Below, in pieces: positions 6,445-13,734 of a stretch of DNA of 13,734 nt (position 1 is its first letter; each line of letters opens with the position of its first letter). Source of the stretch: Gemmatimonadaceae bacterium (GTDB lineage Bacteria > Gemmatimonadota > Gemmatimonadetes > Gemmatimonadales > Gemmatimonadaceae); assembly GCA_040901985.1 (NCBI GenBank), contig JBBDYC010000015.1:1-13734 (forward strand). Direction: 5' to 3'. The translations under genes and the position numbers were made by a program. The notes beneath the pieces were generated by a model, which was not told the DNA's origin, searched no databases, and saw nothing but the letters and a program-made list of their open reading frames with translations.

Positions 6445-7684
6445 CCCAGAACGTAGGGTACGACACGGCGACGCACGATGGGTCGTCGAGCGTGATCGCA
6501 TTGCCGGGGAGGCCGGCGAGGACACCGAACGCCATTGCGATGCGGTGGTCGCCGTGCGTGACGACACGCCCCGCCAGTGCGCGCGTGCTCCCCCGGACGA
6601 CGAATCCATCGGGCAGCTCGTCCGCCTCGGCTCCGAGGGCACGGAGGTTGGCCACCACGGCCGCAATCCGGTCGCTCTCCTTCACGCGCAGTTCGGCGGC
6701 GCCGGTCACCCGCGTCTCGCCGTCGGCGCACGACGCGACGCAGGCGAGCAGGGGGAGTTCGTCAATCATCCCGGGCACCTGGTCGGGCGTGATCGTGATT
6801 CCGCGGAGCGGCGCGGGGCCGACGACGACAGTCGCGACCGGTTCCCCGCCCTGATCCGTAGTCGCGTCGTAGCGGAGCTGGGCGCCCATCGCGACCAGCG
6901 CGCGCAGGCCGCCGGCGCGCGAGGGGTTCACGCCGACATTCTCGATGGCGACGGTGGCGGCTGACGCGCCGCCGAGCGCGGCAAACCCGGCGAGGAAGAT
7001 CGCGCTCGAGGGATCGCCGGGAATCTGCGCGTCGCAGGGGTCGAGCCGTCCGCGTGGCACCAGCGCCACGACGAGACCGTCGGTGCGCACCTCGACCCCG
7101 CGCGCACGGAGCATCCGCTCGGTGTGGTCGCGCGTGGCGGCACGCTCGTGCACCTCCACCGGCACATCGGCGACGAGGCCGGCGAGGAGGATGGCGCTCT
7201 TGATCTGGCCGCTGGCGACCTCGGGTGTCCAGGTCACGCCACGCAGCGGCGTGCCGCGGACGGTCATCGGAAGTCCGCCGTGCGGGGGGACCGTGATGCG
7301 CGCGCCCATCGCCTCGAGCGGTGCCGCCACGCGGCGCATCGGACGCCGGCTGAGACTCGCGTCGCCGGTGAACGTCGCGTCCCGCCCGGCGCCGGCGACG
7401 ATCCCCGCGACCAGCCGCGCGGTGGTGCCGCTGTTGCCGCAGTCGAGTTGAACGGCCCCACCGCCGTGGGCGCGGACCGCGCCAAGGCCAACACCATCTA
7501 TCGCGACCTCTCGCTCGCTCAGCGTCGGGATCGGCATCCCCAGGGCGCGTAGCACGGCGGCGGTGGACTCGGTGTCGGCGGAGCGGAGGAGGCCGCGCAG
7601 GCGCGAGCGGCCGTCCCCGAGCGCGGCCAGCATCAGGGCGCGATGCGAGATGGACTTGTCGCCGGGCACGCGGACGCGCAGCAC
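6407..7684 (-). CDS. aroA: 3-phosphoshikimate 1-carboxyvinyltransferase (EPSP synthase)
   Basis: PGDKSISHRA, DCGNSGTTARL, GDASLSRRPM, ASGQIKSA, RDHTERML, ELRVKESDRI and DHRIAM motifs (class II-like). GTG start at 7684. Confidence 0.97.
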   Translation of the reverse strand: MLRVRVPGDKSISHRALMLAALGDGRSRLRGLLRSADTESTAAVLRALGMPIPTLSEREVAIDGVGLGAVRAHGGGAVQLDCGNSGTTARLVAGIVAGAGRDATFTGDASLSRRPMRRVAAPLEAMGARITVPPHGGLPMTVRGTPLRGVTWTPEVASGQIKSAILLAGLVADVPVEVHERAATRDHTERMLRARGVEVRTDGLVVALVPRGRLDPCDAQIPGDPSSAIFLAGFAALGGASAATVAIENVGVNPSRAGGLRALVAMGAQLRYDATTDQGGEPVATVVVGPAPLRGITITPDQVPGMIDELPLLACVASCADGETRVTGAAELRVKESDRIAAVVANLRALGAEADELPDGFVVRGSTRALAGRVVTHGDHRIAMAFGVLAGLPGNAITLDDPSCVAVSYPTFWDDLQRLSRGQGQ

Positions 7685-7712
7685 GACGCCGGCGCGCCCG
7701 CTCAGCGCGCGC

Positions 7713-8567
7713 TCATCGCAGCCACCCCTCGAGGGCGGTCGCGAGGTCGGTCTTCTCGTCGCGGTACTTCACGATCACCGGCGTCTGGAGCGAGAGCCCC
7801 TGCTCGGCGGCAAAGCCGCCCCTCACCGCGCGCGCGCCGGGGACGACGACCGCGCCGGCGGGAATCTCCAGCGCCGCGTCGGCGCTCCCCCGGTAGATCG
7901 CCTCGCGCACGAGGTCGAACACCGGCGTCCCGCGCGTCAGCACCACGCCGGCGGCGAGCACGGCCTTCTCGCGCACGATCGTGCCTTCGTAGACGCCGCA
8001 GTTCCCGCCGACGATCACGTCGTCCTCGATCACCACCGGCGACGCGTTCACGGGCTCGAGGACCCCGCCAATCTGCGCAGCGGCGCTCAGGTGCACGCGC
8101 GCGCCCACCTGCGCGCACGACCCGACGAGCGCGTGTGAGTCAATCATCGTCCCCGCGCCCACCCAGGCGCCGACATTCACGTACATCGGCGGCATACAGA
8201 CCACGCCGGGCGCGAGGTAGGCGCCGCGGCGCACGGCAGACCCGCCGGGGACGATCCGGACGCCGTCCTCGAGGGAAAACCCGCGCGTCGGAAACGTATG
8301 CTTGTCGAAGAAGGCGAACGGCGACCCCCTGGGCGACTGCCGCACCACCCGCCCGACGCGAAAGCCGAGCAGGATCCCGCGTTTGACCCAGGGCACGGCG
8401 TTCCATCGCCCATCGGCACCCCGCACGGCGGCGCGCAGCTCGCCCGCCTCAAGCGCGTCGAGCAGCGTGGCAACCGTGTCCTCGGCGTCCTTGGGCATCG
8501 CGTCGGCGGCGAGCGGGAAGAGGGCCTCCACCCGCTGCTCGAGCGCCGCCGCGTCCGCCTTCTTCAC
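7713..8567 (-). CDS. dapD: 2,3,4,5-tetrahydropyridine-2,6-dicarboxylate N-succinyltransferase
   Basis: WVKRGILLGFR, GVRIVPGG..VRRGAY and hexapeptide repeats VNVGAWVGAGTMID...VGSCAQVG...IGGVLEP. GTGA overlap with dapA. Confidence 0.95.
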   Translation of the reverse strand: MKKADAAALEQRVEALFPLAADAMPKDAEDTVATLLDALEAGELRAAVRGADGRWNAVPWVKRGILLGFRVGRVVRQSPRGSPFAFFDKHTFPTRGFSLEDGVRIVPGGSAVRRGAYLAPGVVCMPPMYVNVGAWVGAGTMIDSHALVGSCAQVGARVHLSAAAQIGGVLEPVNASPVVIEDDVIVGGNCGVYEGTIVREKAVLAAGVVLTRGTPVFDLVREAIYRGSADAALEIPAGAVVVPGARAVRGGFAAEQGLSLQTPVIVKYRDEKTDLATALEGWLR

Positions 8568-9457
8568 AGCGATACCCCGGCAATCCGCAGCGCCGCCGAG
8601 AGATGCGCCTCGTGCCTGGCATCGAGCGGCACGAGCGGGAGCCGGAGCACGTTCTGCATCTTCCCCATCATCGCCAGGGCGGCCTTGATCGGGATCGGGT
8701 TGGACTCGACGAAGGCGGCGTCCACCAGCGGCGCAAGCCGGTGATGGATCAGACTGGCGGTCGCGAGGTCGCTCTTCACCAGTGCGTCGGTGAGCTGGGC
8801 CACGAGCTTCGGCACCGCGTTCGAGATCACCGAGATCACCCCGTGGCCGCCGGCGGCCATCACCGCGAGCGTGACGCCATCATCGCCCGAGAGGACGGTG
8901 AACCCCTCGGGGCGGCCGCGCAGGATCTGGTCAATCTGCGAGAGATTCCCCGACGCCTCCTTCACGGCCACGATGTTCTCGTGCTCCGCCAGGGCGAGCG
9001 TCGTCTCGGCGGCCATATTGCTCGCCGTGCGCCCCGGCACGTTGTAGAGGACGACTGGTACCGGTGCCGCGTCAGCGATGGCGCGGAAGTGCGCGAGCAA
9101 TCCGCGCTGCGGCGGCTTGTTGTACATCGGCGAGACGTGCAGGAGGTGCGTCGCGCCCGCCTTTGCCAGCACGCGCGACGCCTCGATCGCCGCCGCGGTG
9201 TCGTTGGACCCGGCCCCGGCAATCACCGGGACCCTGCCCTTCGCGCGCTCGACCGTGATCCGTACGACGCGCTCGCGCTCGGCGAGCGACAGCGTCACCG
9301 CCTCACCGGTGGAACCGACGGGCACGAGCCCGTGGATTCCCTCGGCGACCTGCCAGTCCACGAAGGCGGCGAGCGCGCCCTCGTCCACCTGGCCGTCCTG
9401 CTGGAATGGCGTGACAATCGCGGTGATGGCACCGCGCAGGGTGGCGGGAGTGGTCAT
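8564..9457 (-). CDS. dapA: 4-hydroxy-tetrahydrodipicolinate synthase
   Basis: TAIVTPF, GSTGEA, GAGSNDT, LYNVPGRT, VKEASG, LSGDD and FVESNPIPIK motifs. ATG 9457 overlaps the dapB TGA (ATGA). Confidence 0.97.
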   Translation of the reverse strand: MTTPATLRGAITAIVTPFQQDGQVDEGALAAFVDWQVAEGIHGLVPVGSTGEAVTLSLAERERVVRITVERAKGRVPVIAGAGSNDTAAAIEASRVLAKAGATHLLHVSPMYNKPPQRGLLAHFRAIADAAPVPVVLYNVPGRTASNMAAETTLALAEHENIVAVKEASGNLSQIDQILRGRPEGFTVLSGDDGVTLAVMAAGGHGVISVISNAVPKLVAQLTDALVKSDLATASLIHHRLAPLVDAAFVESNPIPIKAALAMMGKMQNVLRLPLVPLDARHEAHLSAALRIAGVSL

Positions 9458-10155
9458 CGGGTGGTCGCTCCGAGGAAGTCGTCGAGAGTGTACACGCCCT
9501 GACGGCCGACCAGCCAGCGTGCCGCCGCGAGCGCGCCGGAGGCAAAGACCTTGCGGTCCCGCGCCTCGTGGACGAGCCGGACCTGCTCGAAGGGGGCGTC
9601 GAAGACGAACTCGTGCGTCCCGGTGACGTCGCCGGTGCGGATGCTGCTCACCGGCACCGGTCGGCCCGCGGCCCGCTCCGCGGCCGCGGCAAGCATCTTG
9701 GCCGTCCCGCTCGGCGCGTCGAGCTTCTTCGCGTGGTGGGTCTCGACAATCTGCACGTCGAACAGTCCGCGCGCCGGCCCCGTGGTGAAGGTCCGCGCCG
9801 CGTCCGCCGCCACGCGGGCAAAGAGGTGGACGCCGAGCGCGAAGTTCGGCGCCCAGAGGAGCGCCCCCTTCGACTGCCGGACCACCGCCTCGATGGCTGG
9901 CCGTTCGGCGTCCCACCCGGTGGTGCCGCTCACGACCGGAACGCCGAGCGTCGCGCAGTTGCGCACGATGCCGGCGGCCTCGCCGGGGACGGTGAACTCG
10001 ATGACCACCTCGGCGCCGTTGAGCGTCTTGGCCGTGAGCCCACGGCCCGTCTCGGCGCGCCCGAGCTGCGCGACGACCACGAAGCCCGACTCCGGCGCGA
10101 GCGCCGCGACGAGTGTGCCCATCTTCCCGGTCCCGACGATTGCCAGCTTGGTCAC
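9454..10155 (-). CDS. dapB: 4-hydroxy-tetrahydrodipicolinate reductase
   Basis: IVGTGKMG Rossmann motif, VSGTTGW, APNFALGV, ETHHAKKLDAPSGTA and HEARDRKVFASGA. Confidence 0.96.
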   Translation of the reverse strand: MTKLAIVGTGKMGTLVAALAPESGFVVVAQLGRAETGRGLTAKTLNGAEVVIEFTVPGEAAGIVRNCATLGVPVVSGTTGWDAERPAIEAVVRQSKGALLWAPNFALGVHLFARVAADAARTFTTGPARGLFDVQIVETHHAKKLDAPSGTAKMLAAAAERAAGRPVPVSSIRTGDVTGTHEFVFDAPFEQVRLVHEARDRKVFASGALAAARWLVGRQGVYTLDDFLGATTR

Positions 10156-11510
10156 GCCGCCGCCTTGCCGAAGAACTCGCCGTGCAGCCGCCGCATCGCC
10201 TCGGGGACCACGTCGCCGTCCATGATCAGCGTCAGGTTGATCCCGGTCGCACTGAGCGAGACCATATGGAGCCGCAGGTCGCCGAGCGCCGCCAGCGCCC
10301 GGGCCATCGTCACGGTGCTCTCGCCGAGGCCGGCGCCCACCAGCGCGACGATCCCACGGTGGCGCTCGATCGCGACGTCGCCGAACGCCGAGAGCTGGGC
10401 GACCAGCGTGTCGAGGTGCTGGTCGTCGTCAATCGTGACCGACACCGAGACCTCCGACGTTGCCACGACATCCACCGAGGTGCGGTTCCGCTCGAACACC
10501 TCGAAGATTGCCCGCAACGCCCCGGGCGCGGCGAGCATCCGCGGCGAGCGTACCTTCACCACCACCGTCCGGGTCTTGCCGGCGATTGCCCGCACCGGCA
10601 CCCGCGGCGCATCGAACGTGATGCGCGTGCCGGCGCCGTCGGGCCGATGCGAATTGTAGACGAAGACGGGAATCCCCCGTTTCACCGCCGGCGTGATCGT
10701 GCTCGGGTGCAACACCTTGGCGCCGAAGGTGGCGAGTTCGGCCGCCTCGTCGAACCGGATGTGCTCGATCAGCCGTGCGTCGGGGACGACGCGCGGGTCG
10801 GCGGTGAGCATCCCGTCCACGTCGGTCCAGATCTCGATGGCCTCGGCGTCCATCGCCGCGCCGAGGAGCGAGGCGGTGAAGTCGGAGCCGCCGCGGCCGA
10901 TCGTCGTCGTGACCCCGGTGGCCGTGGACCCGATGTAGCCGCCGAGCACCGGCACCCTCCCCGCCTTCAGCAGCGGGAGGAGTTGGGCGCGGCAGTTGAG
11001 GGCGATCTCGTCGGGCCGCGGCTCGGCGCGCCCGTAGTCGTCGGTCGTCGCCATCACGGTGCGCGCGTCCACGAAGGCCGCCGGGATCCCCGCGCGCGCC
11101 ATCGCCGCGACGACGATCGGCGTCGAGAGACGCTCCCCCATCGCGGCGACGGCGTCGTGCGACCGCGGCGTGAGATGCCCCAGTACTGAAAGCGCCTCGG
11201 CGAGGTGCGCGAGCTCGTCGAATAGCGCCCCCGTCTCCGCCGACACCTCGGCGTGCGAGGCATCGCCCCGGAGGAGCGCGTCAATCGCCTCGAAGTGCCG
11301 CGCCCGCAGTTCCTCGAGGATCGCCAGCGCCACGATCAGCTGGCCCGTCGCCGCCTGCTCTGCGATCTCGATCAGCCGGTTCGTCGTCCCAGCGAGCGCC
11401 GAGACGACCACCACCGGCTGGCGCGGGACGCGGCCGCGGACGATGGCCACCGTGCGCGCAATCGCATCGGCGTCGCCGACCGAGGTGCCGCCGAACTTGG
11501 CGACGATCAC
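10152..11510 (-). CDS. lysC: Aspartate kinase (lysine-sensitive type)
   Basis: VAKFGGTSVGD, GERLS, TTIGRGGSDFTA, IWTDVDGMLTADPR and ELATFGAKVLHP motifs, plus C-terminal ACT domains. Confidence 0.96.
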   Translation of the reverse strand: MIVAKFGGTSVGDADAIARTVAIVRGRVPRQPVVVVSALAGTTNRLIEIAEQAATGQLIVALAILEELRARHFEAIDALLRGDASHAEVSAETGALFDELAHLAEALSVLGHLTPRSHDAVAAMGERLSTPIVVAAMARAGIPAAFVDARTVMATTDDYGRAEPRPDEIALNCRAQLLPLLKAGRVPVLGGYIGSTATGVTTTIGRGGSDFTASLLGAAMDAEAIEIWTDVDGMLTADPRVVPDARLIEHIRFDEAAELATFGAKVLHPSTITPAVKRGIPVFVYNSHRPDGAGTRITFDAPRVPVRAIAGKTRTVVVKVRSPRMLAAPGALRAIFEVFERNRTSVDVVATSEVSVSVTIDDDQHLDTLVAQLSAFGDVAIERHRGIVALVGAGLGESTVTMARALAALGDLRLHMVSLSATGINLTLIMDGDVVPEAMRRLHGEFFGKAAA

Positions 11511-12580
11511 CGCGCCCCCGTCCCGGGCGGCGTCCAGCCGAGCCGTCCGCTGGCCGCGAGGAGCTCGGCGTTGAGGATCGAGCCGCCGGCCGCGCCGCGG
11601 ATGATGTTGTGGCCGAGCGCCACGAATCGCAGGTCGTGGCTCTCGTCCTCCCGCACCCTGCCGACGGTGACGGTCATCCCGTTGCCGGCCATCACGTCAC
11701 GCCGCGGCTGCGGCCGGTCTGCCGCGTCGGTCACCACGAGCGCGCGCGGGGGCGCGCTCGGCAGCCCGCGCACCGCAGCCGCGCCGCGCCACTCGCGCAG
11801 CGTCGCGATCGCCTCCGCCACCGACGGCTTCCGCCGGAACCGGACCGAGCACGTCACGAAGTGCCCGTGCTCGACGGCCACGCGGGTGGCGTGCGCGCTC
11901 ACCGTGAACTTGGCATCCACGGCAACGCCGCCCGACACCGTGCCGAGCATCTTCCGCAACTCGCGCGCGATTTTCTCTTCCTCCTCGCCGATGAACGGGA
12001 TGACGTTCCCGAGGATGTCGAGCGAGGCCACGCCGGGATAGCCGGCGCCGGAGATTGCCTGCAGGGTCGTGATGACGAGCTCGGTCACCTCGTACCGCTC
12101 GTGGAGCGGCGCAAGGGCCAGCGCGGCGACGGTGGCGGCGCAGTTCGCGTTCGTGACCACCCCGCCCGTCCAACCGCGCGCGCGCTGCGCGTCGAGCAGG
12201 GCGAGGTGCGACGCATTCACCTCGGGAATCACCAGCGGCACGTCGGCCGCCATCCGGAACGTCTTGGTGTTGCTGAGGACGAACCGTCCGGCGGCCGCGA
12301 AGCTGGGCTCCACGTCCACGGCGGCGGCGGCATCGAGCGCCGAGAACACGACCGTTGCCCGGACCACCTTGGGATCGCAGGTCGTGACGACGAGATCGGC
12401 CACTCCGGCCGGCATCGAGCCCTCGATCCACGTCGTCGCGTCGGCGTAGCGCCGACCCGCCGAGCGCTCCGAGGCGGCGACCTCGGTCAGCGTGAACCAG
12501 GGGTGATCAGCCAGCAGCCGGACGAACGTCTGGCCGACGGCGCCGGTGGCGCCGAGCACGGCCACGGGAAGACGGGTCAC
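11507..12580 (-). CDS. asd: Aspartate-semialdehyde dehydrogenase (archaeal/eukaryotic-like subfamily)
   Basis: VLGATGAVGQ, HPWF, ASERSAG, PLVIPEVN, catalytic NANC, QAISGAGYPGV and GHNIIRGAAG motifs. Start is GTG 12580 or the in-frame coupled GTG 12634. Confidence 0.95.
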   Translation of the reverse strand: MTRLPVAVLGATGAVGQTFVRLLADHPWFTLTEVAASERSAGRRYADATTWIEGSMPAGVADLVVTTCDPKVVRATVVFSALDAAAAVDVEPSFAAAGRFVLSNTKTFRMAADVPLVIPEVNASHLALLDAQRARGWTGGVVTNANCAATVAALALAPLHERYEVTELVITTLQAISGAGYPGVASLDILGNVIPFIGEEEEKIARELRKMLGTVSGGVAVDAKFTVSAHATRVAVEHGHFVTCSVRFRRKPSVAEAIATLREWRGAAAVRGLPSAPPRALVVTDAADRPQPRRDVMAGNGMTVTVGRVREDESHDLRFVALGHNIIRGAAGGSILNAELLAASGRLGWTPPGTGAR

Positions 12581-12592
12581 GCTTGGCAGAGT

Positions 12593-12620
12593 GGAAAGGG
12601 GAAAGGGGAAAGGGGAAAGG
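12593..12620. repeat. Perfect heptamer tandem repeat (GGAAAGG)x4
   Basis: ggaaagg ggaaagg ggaaagg ggaaagg read directly between the M20 gene stop and the asd core. Confidence 0.92.
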
Positions 12621-12630
12621 CGACGGTGGG

Positions 12631-13623
12631 TCACTGCAGCAACGTCTTCACCAGGGTGATGTAGGCGTCCACGCTCGCCTTCAACTCCGCCTCCTCGACG
12701 TACTCGTCCGGCGTGTGGGCCACGTGGATCGAGCCGGGGCCGAAGAGCAACGGCGTGCCCCAGCGCGGGAGGAGCGGGATGTCGGAGGTGTACGCCATCG
12801 GGGCGGACTTGAAGCCGGGCACGGTGTGGAATCGCTGGGCGGGGATGAACGAGCCGTACTCGAGTTCGGCGCGGCCCTTCGCCCACCGTTCCAGCGTGGC
12901 CTTCACTGGCGCCACGTCGCCGACGAGACGCACCATCATCTCCGCCTCGCAATGGCCGGGGACGATGTTCGCCTCGGTCCCGCCGCTGATCAGGCCGAGG
13001 TTGACTGTCGTGTCGCCGAGCACCGGGTCCTTGGGGAAGTCGAGCGAGTCGAGTTCCGGCAGCATCGCGAGCATCGGCGCGATCGCCGATTGGCCGAGAT
13101 GTGCGTAGGCCGAGTGCGCCTCGCGCCCCGCGGTGCGGACGATGACGCGCAGCGATCCCTTGCACCCAGAGGCGAGCGCGCTCTCCGTGGGCTCGCCGTT
13201 GATCAGCCACTTGCTCGTGGCCGGCAACTGATTGGCGGCGCGCGCACCGTCCGACCCGCGCTCCTCGCCGACGACGAAGAGGAGATCCACGCGCTCCTCC
13301 TTGGCCGCGACGAGACGGTCGGCGGCGATCATCATCGCGGCGGCAATCCCCTTGGCGTCGCACGCGCCCCGGCCATGGATCCGTCCGTCGGCGCGACGCG
13401 GCGGCACGTATGGCGGGACGGTGTCGAGGTGCGTCGAGAGCGTGACGCCCCCGCCCTTGCGCGACGCCCAGACGTTGCCGCGTCCCGGCGTGACCTCCTG
13501 GACCGTGACGTTCCAGTCGCGCGCGACCAGCCAGCGCGAGACGAAATCCACGACCGCGCCCTCCTCGCGGGTGGTCGAGGGAATCGAGAGGAGTTCGACG
13601 GCGAGCGAGACAACGTCTGCCAT
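12631..13623 (-). CDS. dapE: M20A family metallo-hydrolase (ArgE/DapE-like), probable succinyl-diaminopimelate desuccinylase
   Basis: STHLDTVP, GRGACDAKG, VGEE, NGEPT, AHSA and AHTPDE zinc-binding motifs. The family call is firm. The DapE function is inferred from its place heading a dap operon that contains dapD. Confidence 0.65.
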   Translation of the reverse strand: MADVVSLAVELLSIPSTTREEGAVVDFVSRWLVARDWNVTVQEVTPGRGNVWASRKGGGVTLSTHLDTVPPYVPPRRADGRIHGRGACDAKGIAAAMMIAADRLVAAKEERVDLLFVVGEERGSDGARAANQLPATSKWLINGEPTESALASGCKGSLRVIVRTAGREAHSAYAHLGQSAIAPMLAMLPELDSLDFPKDPVLGDTTVNLGLISGGTEANIVPGHCEAEMMVRLVGDVAPVKATLERWAKGRAELEYGSFIPAQRFHTVPGFKSAPMAYTSDIPLLPRWGTPLLFGPGSIHVAHTPDEYVEEAELKASVDAYITLVKTLLQ

Positions 13624-13629
13624 GCCACA

Positions 13630-13635
13630 AAGTTA
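13630..13635 (-). promoter_or_regulatory. -10 element for a probably leaderless dap operon transcript
   Basis: TAACTT ends 6 nt before the ATG at 13623; no SD is present. Confidence 0.55.
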
Positions 13636-13645
13636 GCCGTCCCGC

Positions 13646-13674
13646 TTGCCGCGCGCGCCGGGGGGGCCTAACCT
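13646..13674 (+). promoter_or_regulatory. Sigma70-type promoter for tRNA-Gly
   Basis: TTGCCG (13646-13651), 17-nt spacer, TAACCT (13669-13674), ending 8 nt before the mature tRNA 5' end. Confidence 0.7.
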
Positions 13675-13682
13675 TCGCTCAC

Positions 13683-13734
13683 GCGGGAATAGCTCAGTTG
13701 GTAGAGCACAACCTTGCCAAGGTTGGGGTCGCGG
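13683..13734 (+). tRNA. tRNA-Gly (GCC), 3' part beyond the window
   Basis: GCGGGAA acceptor strand, TAGCTCAGTTGGTAGAGC D-arm, anticodon arm CAACC-TTGCCAA-GGTTG with GCC at 13716-13718. Confidence 0.96.

Noticed and set aside
8564..9916. 450-aa extended DapA; likewise the extended Cmk (to 6666) and S1 (to 5647)
   Set aside because: The extensions are stop-poor frames overlapping upstream genes or the leader. Coupled or SD-supported starts lie downstream.
11507..13630. 707-aa ORF suggesting a giant Asd with an N-terminal domain
   Set aside because: The first ~330 aa are an Arg/Gly-rich alternative frame over the M20 gene. Asd motifs begin only at about 12580.
13624..13682. Lysine riboswitch upstream of the lysC/dap genes
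   Set aside because: The intergenic space is only 59 nt and is occupied by promoter motifs, too short for that element.

Overview
High-GC bacterial DNA. A Gemmatimonadota-like origin is my inference from gene order and protein style, not a database result. The right ~10 kb is a core minus-strand gene run: M20/DapE-like desuccinylase, asd, lysC, dapB, dapA, dapD, aroA, cmk, rpsA. It is transcribed divergently from a tRNA-Gly(GCC) that the window edge truncates. The left ~3.9 kb is the unusual part. Positions 1-104 repeat an internal 3' segment of rpsA (3925-4028) at 101/104 identity, and all three differences are synonymous. Between the two copies lies a lower-GC cassette with no integrase, carrying three overlapping, exported-protein genes: a Cys-rich S8 subtilisin lipoprotein, a lipoprotein that appears to contain a stand-alone subtilisin-propeptide-like insert, and a putative outer-membrane beta-barrel. 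A degenerate carboxypeptidase-regulatory-like fragment follows, fused in frame to the duplicated rpsA segment. The best candidate for a new system is this protease/inhibitor-like/barrel cassette anchored at the rpsA 3' end.
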